DNA of 64,000 nt, from positions 11,502 to 75,501 of the forward strand of contig JAHECY010000005.1 of the NCBI GenBank assembly GCA_024641505.1. The letters are read 5' to 3'. How positions within the stretch are numbered: position 1 is the first letter of the stretch; each line of letters starts with the position of its first letter. The stretch comes from Gammaproteobacteria bacterium (GTDB lineage: Bacteria; Pseudomonadota; Gammaproteobacteria; SG8-11). Below, piece after piece: positions 19,420-30,525 of this stretch. A program made the position numbers and the translations under genes. Below the pieces are notes generated by a model. The model was given only the letters and a program-made list of their open reading frames with translations. It did not search any database and was not told the origin of the DNA.

Positions 19420-20889
19420 ATGAAACAAACTCTTCAGCTAAAGATCAGCCAAAACCTCACCATGACACCGCAGCTGCAGCAGGCGATACGCCTGTTGCAG
19501 TTGTCAGGCGTGGAATTGCAGGAGGAGATACAACAAGCGATCGAATCCAATCCCATGCTGGAAATGCCGGAAGACGATGGCCCACGCACCGATGAACAGA
19601 TAAACGCGCACGAAAATCCGCCGGAAGATCTCAAGTCCGAGGACCCCCAAGACAGCGCGCTGGACAACAGCCAGAGCACGATCCCCGAAGACCTGCCCGT
19701 GGACAGTAATTGGGAGGACACCTTCGACAATACTTATCTTTCCGGCAGCAGCGGCGGTGGTGAAGACAGCGATCGTGATTTTGAAGTGCAAGGCCAGAAC
19801 AGCGAAAACCTGCATGAACACCTGATGTGGCAAGTTGAGGTATCACCCTTTACCGACAAGGATGCCACCATTGCCATGGCCATCATCGACGCCATTGACG
19901 ACGACGGCTACCTCACGCTACCACTGGAAGAGCTACGCTTGGGATTACCGCCGGAACTGGAAACCGAACTGGACGAGGTGGTCGCAGTGCTGCATCGCAT
20001 CCAGAATTTCGATCCGGTCGGCGTGGGCGCGCGGGACTTGCGTGAAACCATGTTACTGCAGTTGCGCCAACTGGAAACCGTCAGCCCCTGGCATGAGCAG
20101 GCGACCCTGTTACTGCGCGATCATTTCGACATTCTTGCCAATCGGGATTATGCGCAACTGATGCGCAAACTCAAACTGACGGAAGAAGAACTGCAGCAGA
20201 TCATCGGCCTGGTACAATCGCTGAATCCCAGACCGGGTAATGCCGTTATGAGCGGCCAGACCGAATACATCGTGCCAGATGTATTCGTCAGTAAAAAAGA
20301 CGGCAAATGGCTCGTGGAACTGAACCCGGACGTAACGCCAAAACTGCGCATCAACAATCTTTATGCCGGCATGATAAAACGCGCCAATAACAGCACCGAT
20401 AACGTGTACATGAAAAATCAACTGCAGGAAGCACGGTGGTTTATCAAGAGCTTGCACAGCCGCAGTGAAACCCTGCTCAAAGTAGCCACTTGTATCGTGG
20501 AACGCCAGAAGGCCTTTCTTGAATACGGCGAAGAAGCCATGAAACCGCTGGTCATGTTCGATATCGCCGAAACCGTGGAAATGCATGAATCGACCATTTC
20601 GCGCGTTACCACCAAAAAGTATATGCACACTCCCCAAGGGATTTATGAGCTGAAGTATTTTTTTTCCAGCCATGTCAGCACCGCTAACGGCGGCGAATGT
20701 TCGTCCACGGCAATACGCGCTATGATAAAGAAACTTGTTTCCGTGGAGAAACCGGGAAAGCCACTCAGCGACAGCAAGATCGCCCACATGCTTTCGGAAA
20801 AGGGCATTCAGGTGGCGCGGCGCACCGTAGCCAAGTACCGGGAAGCCATGGCGATTCCACCGTCCAACGAACGTAAACGATTAATCTGA
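19420..20889 (+). CDS. rpoN: RNA polymerase sigma-54 factor
   Basis: [21 protein letters not shown] and RpoN box [10 protein letters not shown]. Start moved to ATG 19420. Confidence 0.99.
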   Translation: MKQTLQLKISQNLTMTPQLQQAIRLLQLSGVELQEEIQQAIESNPMLEMPEDDGPRTDEQINAHENPPEDLKSEDPQDSALDNSQSTIPEDLPVDSNWEDTFDNTYLSGSSGGGEDSDRDFEVQGQNSENLHEHLMWQVEVSPFTDKDATIAMAIIDAIDDDGYLTLPLEELRLGLPPELETELDEVVAVLHRIQNFDPVGVGARDLRETMLLQLRQLETVSPWHEQATLLLRDHFDILANRDYAQLMRKLKLTEEELQQIIGLVQSLNPRPGNAVMSGQTEYIVPDVFVSKKDGKWLVELNPDVTPKLRINNLYAGMIKRANNSTDNVYMKNQLQEARWFIKSLHSRSETLLKVATCIVERQKAFLEYGEEAMKPLVMFDIAETVEMHESTISRVTTKKYMHTPQGIYELKYFFSSHVSTANGGECSSTAIRAMIKKLVSVEKPGKPLSDSKIAHMLSEKGIQVARRTVAKYREAMAIPPSNERKRLI

Positions 20890-20911
20890 ATAACTCAGGA
20901 GCCTTACCATT

Positions 20912-21202
20912 ATGCAAGTCGACATCACCGGACATCACGTGGACGTTACCGACGCACTGAAGGACTACGTACACAGCAAAATGGAACGCGTAAAGCGCCA
21001 TTTCGACCAGCTAATTTCCGTGCATGTGGTCTTGAGCGTAGAAAAATTGAGACACCAGGCCGAGGCGACGATTGCGGTCAGTGGCGCCAATCTGGTTGCG
21101 GTTGCCGAGGATGCCGATATGTATGCCGCCATTGATGCCATGACCGACAAGCTTGACCGGCAGGCTATCAAAATAAAAGAAAAAAAATCCAATCACCGTT
21201 GA
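20912..21202 (+). CDS. hpf: Ribosome hibernation promoting factor
   Basis: ITGHHVDVTDAL and DMYAAIDAMTDKLDRQ. Confidence 0.96.
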   Translation: MQVDITGHHVDVTDALKDYVHSKMERVKRHFDQLISVHVVLSVEKLRHQAEATIAVSGANLVAVAEDADMYAAIDAMTDKLDRQAIKIKEKKSNHR

Positions 21203-21241
21203 TAGCCACTGCCGCGGAACACGCTAGGATTGCCAACAGCC

Positions 21242-21691
21242 ATGGACGTTAAAGACATTATCGTGCCCGAACGTGTCACCTGTCGCGCCAACGTATCCAG
21301 TAAAAAACGCGCACTGGAGTTGCTCAGCGAACTCTTGGCGCACGACAGCGCCCTCAACTCGCAACAGATATTTGAAAGCCTGCTAACACGGGAAAAACTC
21401 GGCACCACCTCCCTGGGACATGGCGTAGCGTTACCGCACGGACGCCAGCAGGCCAGCGAGCAGACAGTGGGCGCTTTCGTAATGCTGGAACAGGGGATCG
21501 ACTACGATGCCGTGGACGGTGTGCCGGTAGACTTGCTGTTTGCTTTGCTGGTGCCCAAGGATTCCACAGATCAACACCTGCAACTCCTGGCACAACTGGC
21601 TGAAATGTTCAACAACGAAGTATTTCGGCAACAGTTGCGCGACGCAAGCAATAACCACCAGGCTTACAAGCTGCTCACCTCCGGCCCCTAG
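21242..21691 (+). CDS. ptsN: PTS EIIA(Ntr)-like protein
   Basis: REKLGTTSLGHGVALPHGR with phospho-His; follows hpf. Start moved to ATG 21242. Confidence 0.93.
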   Translation: MDVKDIIVPERVTCRANVSSKKRALELLSELLAHDSALNSQQIFESLLTREKLGTTSLGHGVALPHGRQQASEQTVGAFVMLEQGIDYDAVDGVPVDLLFALLVPKDSTDQHLQLLAQLAEMFNNEVFRQQLRDASNNHQAYKLLTSGP

Positions 21692-21697
21692 ACTCCC

Positions 21698-22639
21698 ATG
21701 CCTGCCATCACCTTATCTGGATTGGTGCAGCGGGTCGATCAGCGCCTGGAGCTGCAATGGGAAGCGCAACTCGCCACCGACCCGGTACTGACGGACGGCG
21801 ACGCCGGAAATGACGCCATCCATTCCCTGGTTGGTCATATGAATGTTATATATCCCCACAAGATCCAGATCCTGGGCCAGGATGAAATAACTTATCTCAA
21901 AGCCTTGCATGCCGCCACCCTGGAAGACATCCTGCAACGGCTCACCTCGCACAACACCACCGCCATTATTTTCGCTGATGACCAGGCGCCCGACGCGCGC
22001 ATCACCGCTTCGGCGTCCGCCAGCAATATCGCCGTGCTCAAATGCCGCCAGACGGCCGATGAGGCAATTGAACTGATTCAGCAACTGCTGCGGGATCTGA
22101 TTACCAACCAGGTGATCGTGCATGGTGTATTCATGGAAGTGATCGGCATCGGTGTATTGATTACCGGTGCCAGCGGCATCGGTAAGAGCGAACTGGCGCT
22201 GGAATTGTTAAGTCGCGGACACCGGCTGATAGCCGATGACGCACCCCAGTTTTCCAGCGGAGCTCCGAATAGTGTCACTGGCACCTGCCCGCGCGCCCTG
22301 CAAGACTTCATGGAAGTGCGCGGCCTGGGTATTCTCAACGTACGCGCCATGTTCGGCGACAGCGCCATCAAACGCAAGAAGGATCTGCGCCTGGTCGTGG
22401 AGCTGCAGGAAATGTCCGACAAACAACTGGCACACGTAGAACGGGTCTCCGTGTCCCAGAAACGCAACATCCTGGGCGTTGACCTGCCATTGGTAACCAT
22501 ACCGGTTGCGCCCGGCCGCAATCTGGCTATTATTGTGGAAAGCGCCGCACGAAATCAAATACTGCTGAACAAGGGCTACAATGCGGCGGAAGCGTTTTCT
22601 CGCCAGCAACGGAGCATCATGGAGAACCCTGAATCATGA
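21698..22639 (+). CDS. hprK: HPr(Ser) kinase/phosphatase
   Basis: HGVFMEV, Walker A GASGIGKSELALEL, LIADDA and MEVRGLGI. Confidence 0.96.
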   Translation: MPAITLSGLVQRVDQRLELQWEAQLATDPVLTDGDAGNDAIHSLVGHMNVIYPHKIQILGQDEITYLKALHAATLEDILQRLTSHNTTAIIFADDQAPDARITASASASNIAVLKCRQTADEAIELIQQLLRDLITNQVIVHGVFMEVIGIGVLITGASGIGKSELALELLSRGHRLIADDAPQFSSGAPNSVTGTCPRALQDFMEVRGLGILNVRAMFGDSAIKRKKDLRLVVELQEMSDKQLAHVERVSVSQKRNILGVDLPLVTIPVAPGRNLAIIVESAARNQILLNKGYNAAEAFSRQQRSIMENPES

Positions 22640-23493
22640 TTCTGGTGGTCGTCAGTGGTCTGTCTGGATCCGGCAAGAGTACCGCATTGCATGCGCTTGA
22701 GGATCTGGATTTCTATTGCATCGACAACCTCCCGGTTGGGCTGCTACCGGCATTTTCGGATCACATTCTTGACCCCGGCAAGCATTTTCCCAAACGTGTC
22801 GCACTGGGTATCGACGCGCGCAACATCATCGACGATATCAGGCAATTTCCTACCACCCTGGATACCCTGCGCCAGGCGAACATCACCTGCGATGTGATCT
22901 TTCTTAATACCGACGACGATATCTTGATCAAGCGCTTCAGCGAAACCCGGCGCAAACACCCGTTATCCAGCGCCAAGCTGTCCCTGGCCGATGCTATTAC
23001 CCGGGAACGCGAGATCCTCGAACCGATTACCGACTGCGCGGATCTGTTTGTCGACACCAGTTACTACAATGTGCACCAATTGCGCGAAGTGATCATGAAC
23101 CGCCTGGGTAACCGGCGTCAGGAGGAAATGTCGATCCAGTTCAAATCATTCGGCTTCAAACACGGGGTGCCCTCGGATGCAGACTTCGTGTTCGATGTGC
23201 GCTGCCTGCCTAACCCCCATTGGGTCGCCGCCTTGCGCCCCTACACCGGGCTGCAACAACCGGTTATCGAGTACCTGAAACAACAGCCCGCAGTGGATGA
23301 AATGTACCGCTATATTCGTGATTTCCTTGAAACCTGGATACCGCATTTCGTGAAGGAAAATCGCACCTACATGACGATCGCCATCGGTTGTACCGGCGGC
23401 ATGCACCGGTCGGTATATCTCACGGATATGCTCGCCAGGCACTTTCATGGCAAATACCCCAAGGTCATGGCGCAACACCGGGAACTGCCATGA
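22636..23493 (+). CDS. rapZ: RNase adapter RapZ (YvcJ)
   Basis: GLSGSGKS, DNLP, FDVRCLPNPHW and GCTGGMHRSV. Confidence 0.97.
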   Translation: MILVVVSGLSGSGKSTALHALEDLDFYCIDNLPVGLLPAFSDHILDPGKHFPKRVALGIDARNIIDDIRQFPTTLDTLRQANITCDVIFLNTDDDILIKRFSETRRKHPLSSAKLSLADAITREREILEPITDCADLFVDTSYYNVHQLREVIMNRLGNRRQEEMSIQFKSFGFKHGVPSDADFVFDVRCLPNPHWVAALRPYTGLQQPVIEYLKQQPAVDEMYRYIRDFLETWIPHFVKENRTYMTIAIGCTGGMHRSVYLTDMLARHFHGKYPKVMAQHRELP

Positions 23494-23891
23494 GCGTCGG
23501 CCTGTTGCTCGTCTGTCATAACAATATCGGTAACGCCTTGATCGACACGGCATTATCGCTCATGGAAACCGTTCCGCTGGAGATCAAGGTCCTCAACGTG
23601 TACCGCGACAGCGCGCCGGAACACATCGTGGAAATGGCTCGGGACATGGTATTGGAAATGGACACCGGGGATGGCGTGCTGATTTTGACCGATTTATTCG
23701 GCGCCACGCCCAGCAACATCGCCGCCAAACTTTACGGAGGCCATCGCGTCGCCATCATCGCCGGACTCAACCTTCCCATGCTGATTCGCACGCTTAACTA
23801 TCCGACACTGGACCTGGATCTGCTTGCGGAAAAAGCTCTGACGGGTGGCCGGGACGGCATTGTCATGTACAAAACAGATAGCACACACTGA
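23490..23891 (+). CDS. PTS EIIA component, mannose/fructose family (stand-alone)
   Basis: LLLVCH, DGVLILTDLFGATPSN and GLNLPMLI. Start moved to ATG 23490 (ATGA overlap with the rapZ stop). Confidence 0.9.
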   Translation: MSVGLLLVCHNNIGNALIDTALSLMETVPLEIKVLNVYRDSAPEHIVEMARDMVLEMDTGDGVLILTDLFGATPSNIAAKLYGGHRVAIIAGLNLPMLIRTLNYPTLDLDLLAEKALTGGRDGIVMYKTDSTH

Positions 23892-24160
23892 TGATCGAAC
23901 AGGACATTACCATATGCAATAAATTGGGCTTGCACGCCCGTGCTGCCGCCAAATTCGTCACTCTGGCGTCCACCTTTCTTTGTCACGTCACCGTGCGCCG
24001 GGACAAACGCACGGTGAACGGCAAAAGCATCATGGGCGTTATGATGCTGGCCGCGTCCAAAGGCACCACATTGCAGTTGCAAGCTGACGGCCCCGACGAA
24101 CAAGAGGCCGTCATGCAATTGGTAGCGCTGGTCAATAACAAATTCGAGGAAAGCGAATAG
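23891..24160 (+). CDS. ptsH: Phosphocarrier protein HPr/NPr
   Basis: GLHARAA (His15) and GKSIMGVMMLAA (Ser46). Confidence 0.95.
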   Translation: MIEQDITICNKLGLHARAAAKFVTLASTFLCHVTVRRDKRTVNGKSIMGVMMLAASKGTTLQLQADGPDEQEAVMQLVALVNNKFEESE

Positions 24161-24185
24161 CCATGGACCCACCGGGCACCCCACA

Positions 24186-25907
24186 ATGCCACTGGCACTG
24201 AACGGCAGCGGCATCACCAATGGCATCGCCATTGGTTACGCGCACATCATGCGTCAGGGCGTCGGCGATATCGCACGTTTCGACATCGCGCCCGAGGACT
24301 TGGACAATGAAGTGCGCCGCTATCTCGCCGCCGTTGAACTTGCCATTTCACAACTACACACCATTCGCGCCGACATTCCCAAACATATTCCCAAAGATGT
24401 CGCCGCCTTCATCGATACCTATTTGCTCATGCTGGACGACGACGCCCTCAAAACCGGGCCGGTGCACCACATCCAGGAGCAGCACTGCAACGCCGAATGG
24501 GCGTTGCAGATACAATGCAGCGCCATCGAAAGTGTATTTCAGGAAATGCAGGACCCGTACCTGAAGACCCGAATCGACGACATCAATCATGTGGTGAACC
24601 GCATTCAGCGCATCCTCGCCATCAGCGAAGATTCGGATCGGACCGAAACCATTCTCCCGGCGCAAACCATCATCATCGCCGACGACTTGAGCCCGGCTGA
24701 GACCTTGACATTTCTTCATGATCAGGTGGCAGGCATTGTGCTTCAGGGCTGCGCGCCCACGTCCCATACCGCAATCCTGGTGCGCAGCCTGGGCATACCC
24801 ACGATCATTGGCGTTGACCACGCGCTGCAACTGTTGCAGGAACGGGAACCGGTGGTCATTGATGCCCGCAAAGGCGTGATTCTGGCGGGTCTGGATATCG
24901 AGCAAACCGCACATTACCGGTTGCTGTTGCGCCGAGAGAAAGCCGCGGCGCAAACCGCGCTCCGCAGCGTTCGTCTGGCCAGTGTCACCCTGGACGGAAT
25001 CAAGGTAGCGCTGCGCGCCAACCTGGAACTGCCCCATGACCTGAAACTCGCCCAAACCATGCACGCCGCCGGCGTGGGCCTGTATCGCACGGAATTTCTT
25101 TATCTTGGGGGATTGGTGGCCTCCGAAGCGGACCAACTGCGTGCCTACAGCCGGGTGCTCAAAGCCATGCCGCGCCAGCCCGTTACCATCCGCACCCTGG
25201 ATATCGGCGCCGACAAGAATTTTGAGGATGCCGCGACCACCAGTAACAGCGCCTTGGGCCTGCGCGCAATACGCCTGTGCCTCAAGGATCAGGCCATGTT
25301 CAAAGTGCAGTTGCGCGCGATTCACCGGGCTGCGGTTTATGGTCAAACCCGTATCCTGCTGCCCATGGTGACCGCCTTACCGGAAATTCAGGACGTGAAA
25401 CGATTGATCCGGGAATGCGTTGCCGAACTCGCGCGCAAAGGCATCAAACATAAATCCCGGTTGCCCCTGGGGTGCATGATTGAAACTCCCGCCGCCGCCC
25501 TTACCGCCGCCCAACTGGCGCCGCACATCGATTTTTTTTCCATCGGCACCAATGATTTGATCCAGTACACCCTGGCCGTTGACCGCACGGAAAGCAGTGT
25601 CAACTATCTCTATGACAATTGTCATCCCGCGGTGCTGGGCTTGCTGGATCACGTATTGAAGGTCGGCACCCGCACTGGTAAATCCGTGGCACTTTGCGGC
25701 GAAATGGCCGGCGATCCGTTCTTTACCCGTTTTCTGCTCGCCATTGGTTTACGGGAGTTCAGTCTCCACCCCATTAACCTTCCGGAAATCAAGAACATCA
25801 TACGCACCAGCAAAGTCAGCGGCATGCAGCGCATGGCACGCCGCATTATTAACGCCGCCAGTCCTCAGGAAGCCCGATTTCTGATACGCACTCTCAATGC
25901 GTCCTGA
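24186..25907 (+). CDS. ptsI: PTS enzyme I (no GAF domain)
   Basis: TSHTAIL phospho-His, GVGLYRTEF, RTLDIGADK, FFSIGTNDLIQY and CGEMAG. Confidence 0.95.
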   Translation: MPLALNGSGITNGIAIGYAHIMRQGVGDIARFDIAPEDLDNEVRRYLAAVELAISQLHTIRADIPKHIPKDVAAFIDTYLLMLDDDALKTGPVHHIQEQHCNAEWALQIQCSAIESVFQEMQDPYLKTRIDDINHVVNRIQRILAISEDSDRTETILPAQTIIIADDLSPAETLTFLHDQVAGIVLQGCAPTSHTAILVRSLGIPTIIGVDHALQLLQEREPVVIDARKGVILAGLDIEQTAHYRLLLRREKAAAQTALRSVRLASVTLDGIKVALRANLELPHDLKLAQTMHAAGVGLYRTEFLYLGGLVASEADQLRAYSRVLKAMPRQPVTIRTLDIGADKNFEDAATTSNSALGLRAIRLCLKDQAMFKVQLRAIHRAAVYGQTRILLPMVTALPEIQDVKRLIRECVAELARKGIKHKSRLPLGCMIETPAAALTAAQLAPHIDFFSIGTNDLIQYTLAVDRTESSVNYLYDNCHPAVLGLLDHVLKVGTRTGKSVALCGEMAGDPFFTRFLLAIGLREFSLHPINLPEIKNIIRTSKVSGMQRMARRIINAASPQEARFLIRTLNAS

Positions 25908-25976
25908 TGTCATAGATCCCAGCGCAGTAGTGATGCCCAGTTTAAAGGTGTAAGATGGGCGCGCCCCCAAAGCGCC

Positions 25977-27350
25977 ATGGCAACCATGCGGATCATTGAA
26001 ATGGCCAGTGAACAGCAGAAACAGAACACATTGGAAGAATTCATGGCGCTGCTGGAATCCGGCACCCTGTCCCATGTGCGCGAATCACTGTCCGGCATGC
26101 ACGCCGCCGACATCGCCCTGATCCTCGAGTCGCTGCCCACCGAAGACCGCCTCACCATTTGGGAACTGGCACCCAAGGACAAATACGGCGACACCCTGGC
26201 GCACGTCAATGAAGCGGTGCGTGCCCAACTGATCCAAAAAATGGCCGCCCAGGACCTGATTGACGCCACCGAAGGTCTCGACACCGACGACTTGGCGGAT
26301 ATCTTTGAAGACCTGCCGCACCAGGTTTCCAAGGAAGTGCTGCAGTCCATGGACGAGGACAATCGGCAGCGTCTGCAGCAGGCGCTCGCCTTTCCGGAGG
26401 ACAGCGCCGGCGGTTTGATGAACTTTGACTACATCACGATTCGACCGGACCTTAATGTGGAAGTAGTGCTGCGCTATTTGCGGTTTCGCGGCCAGATTCC
26501 GCCGAGCACCAATAAACTATTTGTCATTGATCGCAGCGGCCTGTTTCTGGGAGAGGTGATGCTCGGTAATTTACTGGTGGCGGACCCGGAAACCGCGGTC
26601 GACGACATTATGAAGCGCGACACTGATCCGGTACGGGTCACCACCCCCGCTAGAGAAGTGGCCAGCCTGTTCGAGCGCAGAGACCTGATTTCCACCGCCG
26701 TACTTGATGAACACGGCATCATCGTTGGACGTATTACCATCGACGACGTGGTCGACGTCATTCGCGAAGAAGCGGAACATGAGATGATGAGCCGGGTTGG
26801 TTTGAGTGAAGACGATGACATGTTCGCGCCGGTGGCCGCCAGCTCACGGCGCCGCGCCGTATGGCTGGGTATCAATCTGCTTACCGCGTTGCTCGCCTCC
26901 TGGGTAATCGGCCTGTTCGGCAAAACCATCGAAAACATCGTGGCCCTTGCGATTCTGATGCCGGTGGTTGCCAGCATGGGCGGCATCGCCGGCAGCCAAA
27001 CCCTGACCCTGGTGGTGCGGGGCCTGGCGCTCAAAGCCATCAGCGAAAGCAACGCCCGCAGCATTATGCGCAAGGAGCTGGCGGTCGGCATTCTCAACGG
27101 CATCATCTGGGCCGTGGTCGTCGGCATAATCGCCATGTACTGGTTCACCGATGCCAACCTGGGCGTCATCATTGGGTTGGCGATCATCATTAATCTTATC
27201 TGTGCCGCGGTGGCGGGCACCATCATTCCCCTGGCTCTCAAGCGCATGAACATCGATCCGGCATTGGCCGGCGGCGTGGTGCTCACTACCGTCACGGACG
27301 TGGTGGGTTTCTTCGCGTTTCTTGGCTTGGCGACCGTGTTTCTGATTTAG
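25977..27350 (+). CDS. mgtE: Magnesium transporter MgtE
   Basis: CBS pair, [18 protein letters not shown] and [18 protein letters not shown]; start may be 26001. Confidence 0.97.
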   Translation: MATMRIIEMASEQQKQNTLEEFMALLESGTLSHVRESLSGMHAADIALILESLPTEDRLTIWELAPKDKYGDTLAHVNEAVRAQLIQKMAAQDLIDATEGLDTDDLADIFEDLPHQVSKEVLQSMDEDNRQRLQQALAFPEDSAGGLMNFDYITIRPDLNVEVVLRYLRFRGQIPPSTNKLFVIDRSGLFLGEVMLGNLLVADPETAVDDIMKRDTDPVRVTTPAREVASLFERRDLISTAVLDEHGIIVGRITIDDVVDVIREEAEHEMMSRVGLSEDDDMFAPVAASSRRRAVWLGINLLTALLASWVIGLFGKTIENIVALAILMPVVASMGGIAGSQTLTLVVRGLALKAISESNARSIMRKELAVGILNGIIWAVVVGIIAMYWFTDANLGVIIGLAIIINLICAAVAGTIIPLALKRMNIDPALAGGVVLTTVTDVVGFFAFLGLATVFLI

Positions 27351-27360
27351 CGCCAGCACC

Positions 27361-27819
27361 ATGCCCGCACCCATCACACCACCGATTGCCGTCGACGCCA
27401 TCATCGAACTGGTGGATCGGCCGGAGCGACCTATCGTACTCATCGAACGCCTGAATCCCCCACCTGGCTGGGCGATCCCGGGCGGCTTCGTTGATATCGG
27501 CGAAACCACGGAACAAACCGCGAGGCGCGAGGCCCGCGAAGAAACCTGTCTGGAGATTGAATTGATCACGTTACTGGGCGTGTACTCCGATCCGCGGCGT
27601 GATCCCCGGGGACACACCATCGGAGTCGTCTATGTCGCGCGTGCCTCTGGCATGCCGCGCGCCGCCGATGACGCCGCCGCCGTCGGCATTTTCGATCCCA
27701 GCGCACTGCCCGCGCCACTGGCCTTCGATCACGAGCGCATCTTGGAGGACTACCTGCGTTTCCGACAAACCGGCCGGCGGCCGGACTTAAGTTACGGAAC
27801 TCATGTCCTTTCCGATTGA
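27361..27819 (+). CDS. NUDIX hydrolase
   Basis: [24 protein letters not shown] Nudix box; [11 protein letters not shown]. Confidence 0.93.
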   Translation: MPAPITPPIAVDAIIELVDRPERPIVLIERLNPPPGWAIPGGFVDIGETTEQTARREAREETCLEIELITLLGVYSDPRRDPRGHTIGVVYVARASGMPRAADDAAAVGIFDPSALPAPLAFDHERILEDYLRFRQTGRRPDLSYGTHVLSD

Positions 27820-30295
27820 CCCACTGCTGCCCGAATTACTGGACCGGCTGAGCACCCATCCCAATGTGGTGCTGCAAGCCGCCCCCGGGGCCGGCAAAAC
27901 CACGCGCATTCCCATTGCGTTATTGGACGCGCCCTGGCTGGCGGAAAAAAAAATGGTGATGCTGGAACCGCGGCGCATTACCGCGCGCGCCGCCGCGCGC
28001 TACATGGCCGCCAGCCTTGGACAGCAGGTCGGCGACACCGTCGGTTATCGGGTGCGCCAGGACAGCAAAGTCGGTGCGCGTACCCGTATCGAAGTGGTTA
28101 CTGAAGGCATTCTCACCCGCATGCTGCAACAGGACCCCGCTCTGGAACAATACGGCCTGGTGATCTTCGATGAATTCCACGAACGCAATCTCAATTCGGA
28201 TCTGGGTTTGGCGCTGTGCCTGGATGCCCAACAGGGATTGCGAGACGATCTGCGCCTGCTGGTGATGTCCGCCACCCTGGATGGTGCTTCGGTCGCGCGC
28301 CTGATGCAGGACGCACCAGTACTCAACAGCACCGGTCGCAGCTTCCCCGTCACCGTGCACCACCGGCCATTGAAAGCGAGTTTGCTGCAAGACAAACGCG
28401 CTTTTCTCCAGGGTGTCGCGCACACCATCGCCGACATATTGCGCACCGAACATGGCAGCGTACTGGTATTTCTGCCCGGCGCCGGGGAAATCACCCAGAT
28501 TCATGCACTGCTGCGACATTTGCCATTGGCAGCGGATGTCATACTGGCGCCGCTTTATGGTCAACTGAGCCCACAACAACAGGATCAAGCCCTGCTGCCG
28601 GCGCCGGCCGGGATGCGCAAAGTGGTGCTTGCCAGCGCCATCGCGGAAACCAGCTTGACCATCGAGGGCATTGGCATCGTCATCGACAGCGGCCTGATGC
28701 GCCAACCCCGGTTCGATGCTAACACCGGCCTGACCCGTCTGGTCACTTTGCCGGTATCCCAGGCCAGCGCCGAACAACGCTGCGGACGCGCCGGGCGCTT
28801 GTCTGCCGGCACCTGCTATCGGTTGTGGCCAGCTCAACAATATTTGCTACCGTATACCGCCCCGGAAATTCTGGCGGCGGACCTGGCGCCATTGGTGCTG
28901 GAACTTGCTCAATGGGGCGTTCCGGATTACCGGCAATTGCGCTGGCTGGACGCGCCGCCGCAGGCCCATGTGGCACAAGCCCAAACGCTGCTGCAAGAAC
29001 TCGGCGCATTGGACGGCAACGGTCGCATCACCCGCCATGGGCAGGCTATGGCGCAATGGGGCGCTCATCCCCGCTTGACGCACATGATGCTGCGCAGCAC
29101 CGCGCTGCATCAGGAAACGCTGGCCTGCGAACTCGCTGCGTTGCTCAATGAACGGGACCCGATACGCGGCGGCGCGGGGCGCAGTTGCGATTTACGGCTG
29201 CGCATCGAACTGCTGCGCGCCCCACAACCCGGCGCTGACGTCGATAAAGGCGCCCTCACCGCCATCCGGGATACCGCCCGGCAGTGGCGACGGCAACTAC
29301 CCTCGAGTGACGCGCGCCCCACGGGCGACCTGGATGATATTGGCGTGATGCTTGCCTACGCCTATCCCGATCGTGTGGCACGCCGGCGTGACAGCGCCCG
29401 CCCCCGCTATTTGCTGGCCAATGGCCGCGGTGCCTGGCTACCCGAAGACGAACCCTTGGCCCGGGAAGAGTATATCGTCGCCGCACATTTGGACGGTGAA
29501 CGTGAGGCTCGGATTTTTCTCGCCGCCGCCATCGATAAAAAACAATTGCTGGAATTTCATCAAGATCTGATTCAAGAACACCATAGTGTGCTCTGGGATG
29601 ACCGTAACGACTGCGTTCAAGCCCGCAAGTACACGCGCATCGGCCAGGTCGTACTAAGCGATGAACCGTGGCAGCAAGCTGACCCGGATGCCGTGCACCA
29701 AGCCTTGATACAAGGTATCCGCCAAGCGGGTAGCAGTTGTTTGCCCTGGACTGACAAGGCGCGCTCACTGCAGGCGCGCTGCAACTTTCTGCATGAACAC
29801 ATGGCTGCCGGCTGGCCGGATTACAGCGAGCAGCGACTCCTGGCGACCTTGGAATCCTGGCTGTCACCTTACCTGGGCACCGCATCACGCCTGTCACATC
29901 TGCATAAAATCGATATTTATGGCGCATTGCTGGCGCCCTTGACCTGGGAGCAGCAACAACAACTGGAACAACTGGCTCCCACCCACCTCACGGTGCCCAG
30001 CGGTTCGCGCATCGCACTTGACTATACCGTGTTTCCGCCGGTGCTGGCGGTACGCATGCAGGAGATGTTCGGCCTCTCTGACACACCGCGCATTGCCGGC
30101 AATCGCATCAGTGTGTTGCTGCATCTGTTGTCCCCGGCCCGGCGACCCGTGCAAATCACCCAGGACCTCGCTGGATTCTGGCAAACGTCCTACCTGGAAG
30201 TAAAGAAAGAGCTGAAAGGACGCTACCCGAAACATTACTGGCCCGATGATCCATTGCAGGCACAACCGCGCACCGGGATCCGCAAGAAACCCTGA
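27803..30295 (+). CDS. hrpB: ATP-dependent RNA helicase HrpB
   Basis: [42 protein letters not shown] and C-terminal RYPKHYWP. Confidence 0.97.
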   Translation: MSFPIDPLLPELLDRLSTHPNVVLQAAPGAGKTTRIPIALLDAPWLAEKKMVMLEPRRITARAAARYMAASLGQQVGDTVGYRVRQDSKVGARTRIEVVTEGILTRMLQQDPALEQYGLVIFDEFHERNLNSDLGLALCLDAQQGLRDDLRLLVMSATLDGASVARLMQDAPVLNSTGRSFPVTVHHRPLKASLLQDKRAFLQGVAHTIADILRTEHGSVLVFLPGAGEITQIHALLRHLPLAADVILAPLYGQLSPQQQDQALLPAPAGMRKVVLASAIAETSLTIEGIGIVIDSGLMRQPRFDANTGLTRLVTLPVSQASAEQRCGRAGRLSAGTCYRLWPAQQYLLPYTAPEILAADLAPLVLELAQWGVPDYRQLRWLDAPPQAHVAQAQTLLQELGALDGNGRITRHGQAMAQWGAHPRLTHMMLRSTALHQETLACELAALLNERDPIRGGAGRSCDLRLRIELLRAPQPGADVDKGALTAIRDTARQWRRQLPSSDARPTGDLDDIGVMLAYAYPDRVARRRDSARPRYLLANGRGAWLPEDEPLAREEYIVAAHLDGEREARIFLAAAIDKKQLLEFHQDLIQEHHSVLWDDRNDCVQARKYTRIGQVVLSDEPWQQADPDAVHQALIQGIRQAGSSCLPWTDKARSLQARCNFLHEHMAAGWPDYSEQRLLATLESWLSPYLGTASRLSHLHKIDIYGALLAPLTWEQQQQLEQLAPTHLTVPSGSRIALDYTVFPPVLAVRMQEMFGLSDTPRIAGNRISVLLHLLSPARRPVQITQDLAGFWQTSYLEVKKELKGRYPKHYWPDDPLQAQPRTGIRKKP

Positions 30296-30525
30296 CCTTC
30301 CGTCCGCCCGCAGTGAAATCAGAATCTGTCGACGGCCACCCTGAATTCAAAGAAACAGATGCGCGCTACTCCACTGAGCACGCCCAGAATCATGGCGCGC
30401 AGGGCGTCGACGGGTAGCGTCTGACATCGGGCACAGGCACAGCATGGCGCTGCTGTTTGTTACTGGTCGCCGGGTTTTTCTGACGTGCTTATTACCCTGG
30501 CGCACATCCGCAGTTGCTGGCCACA

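Noticed and set aside
27803-30295. hrpB as a type III secretion (hrp) gene
   Set aside because: It is the DEAH-box helicase HrpB; the name is shared only.
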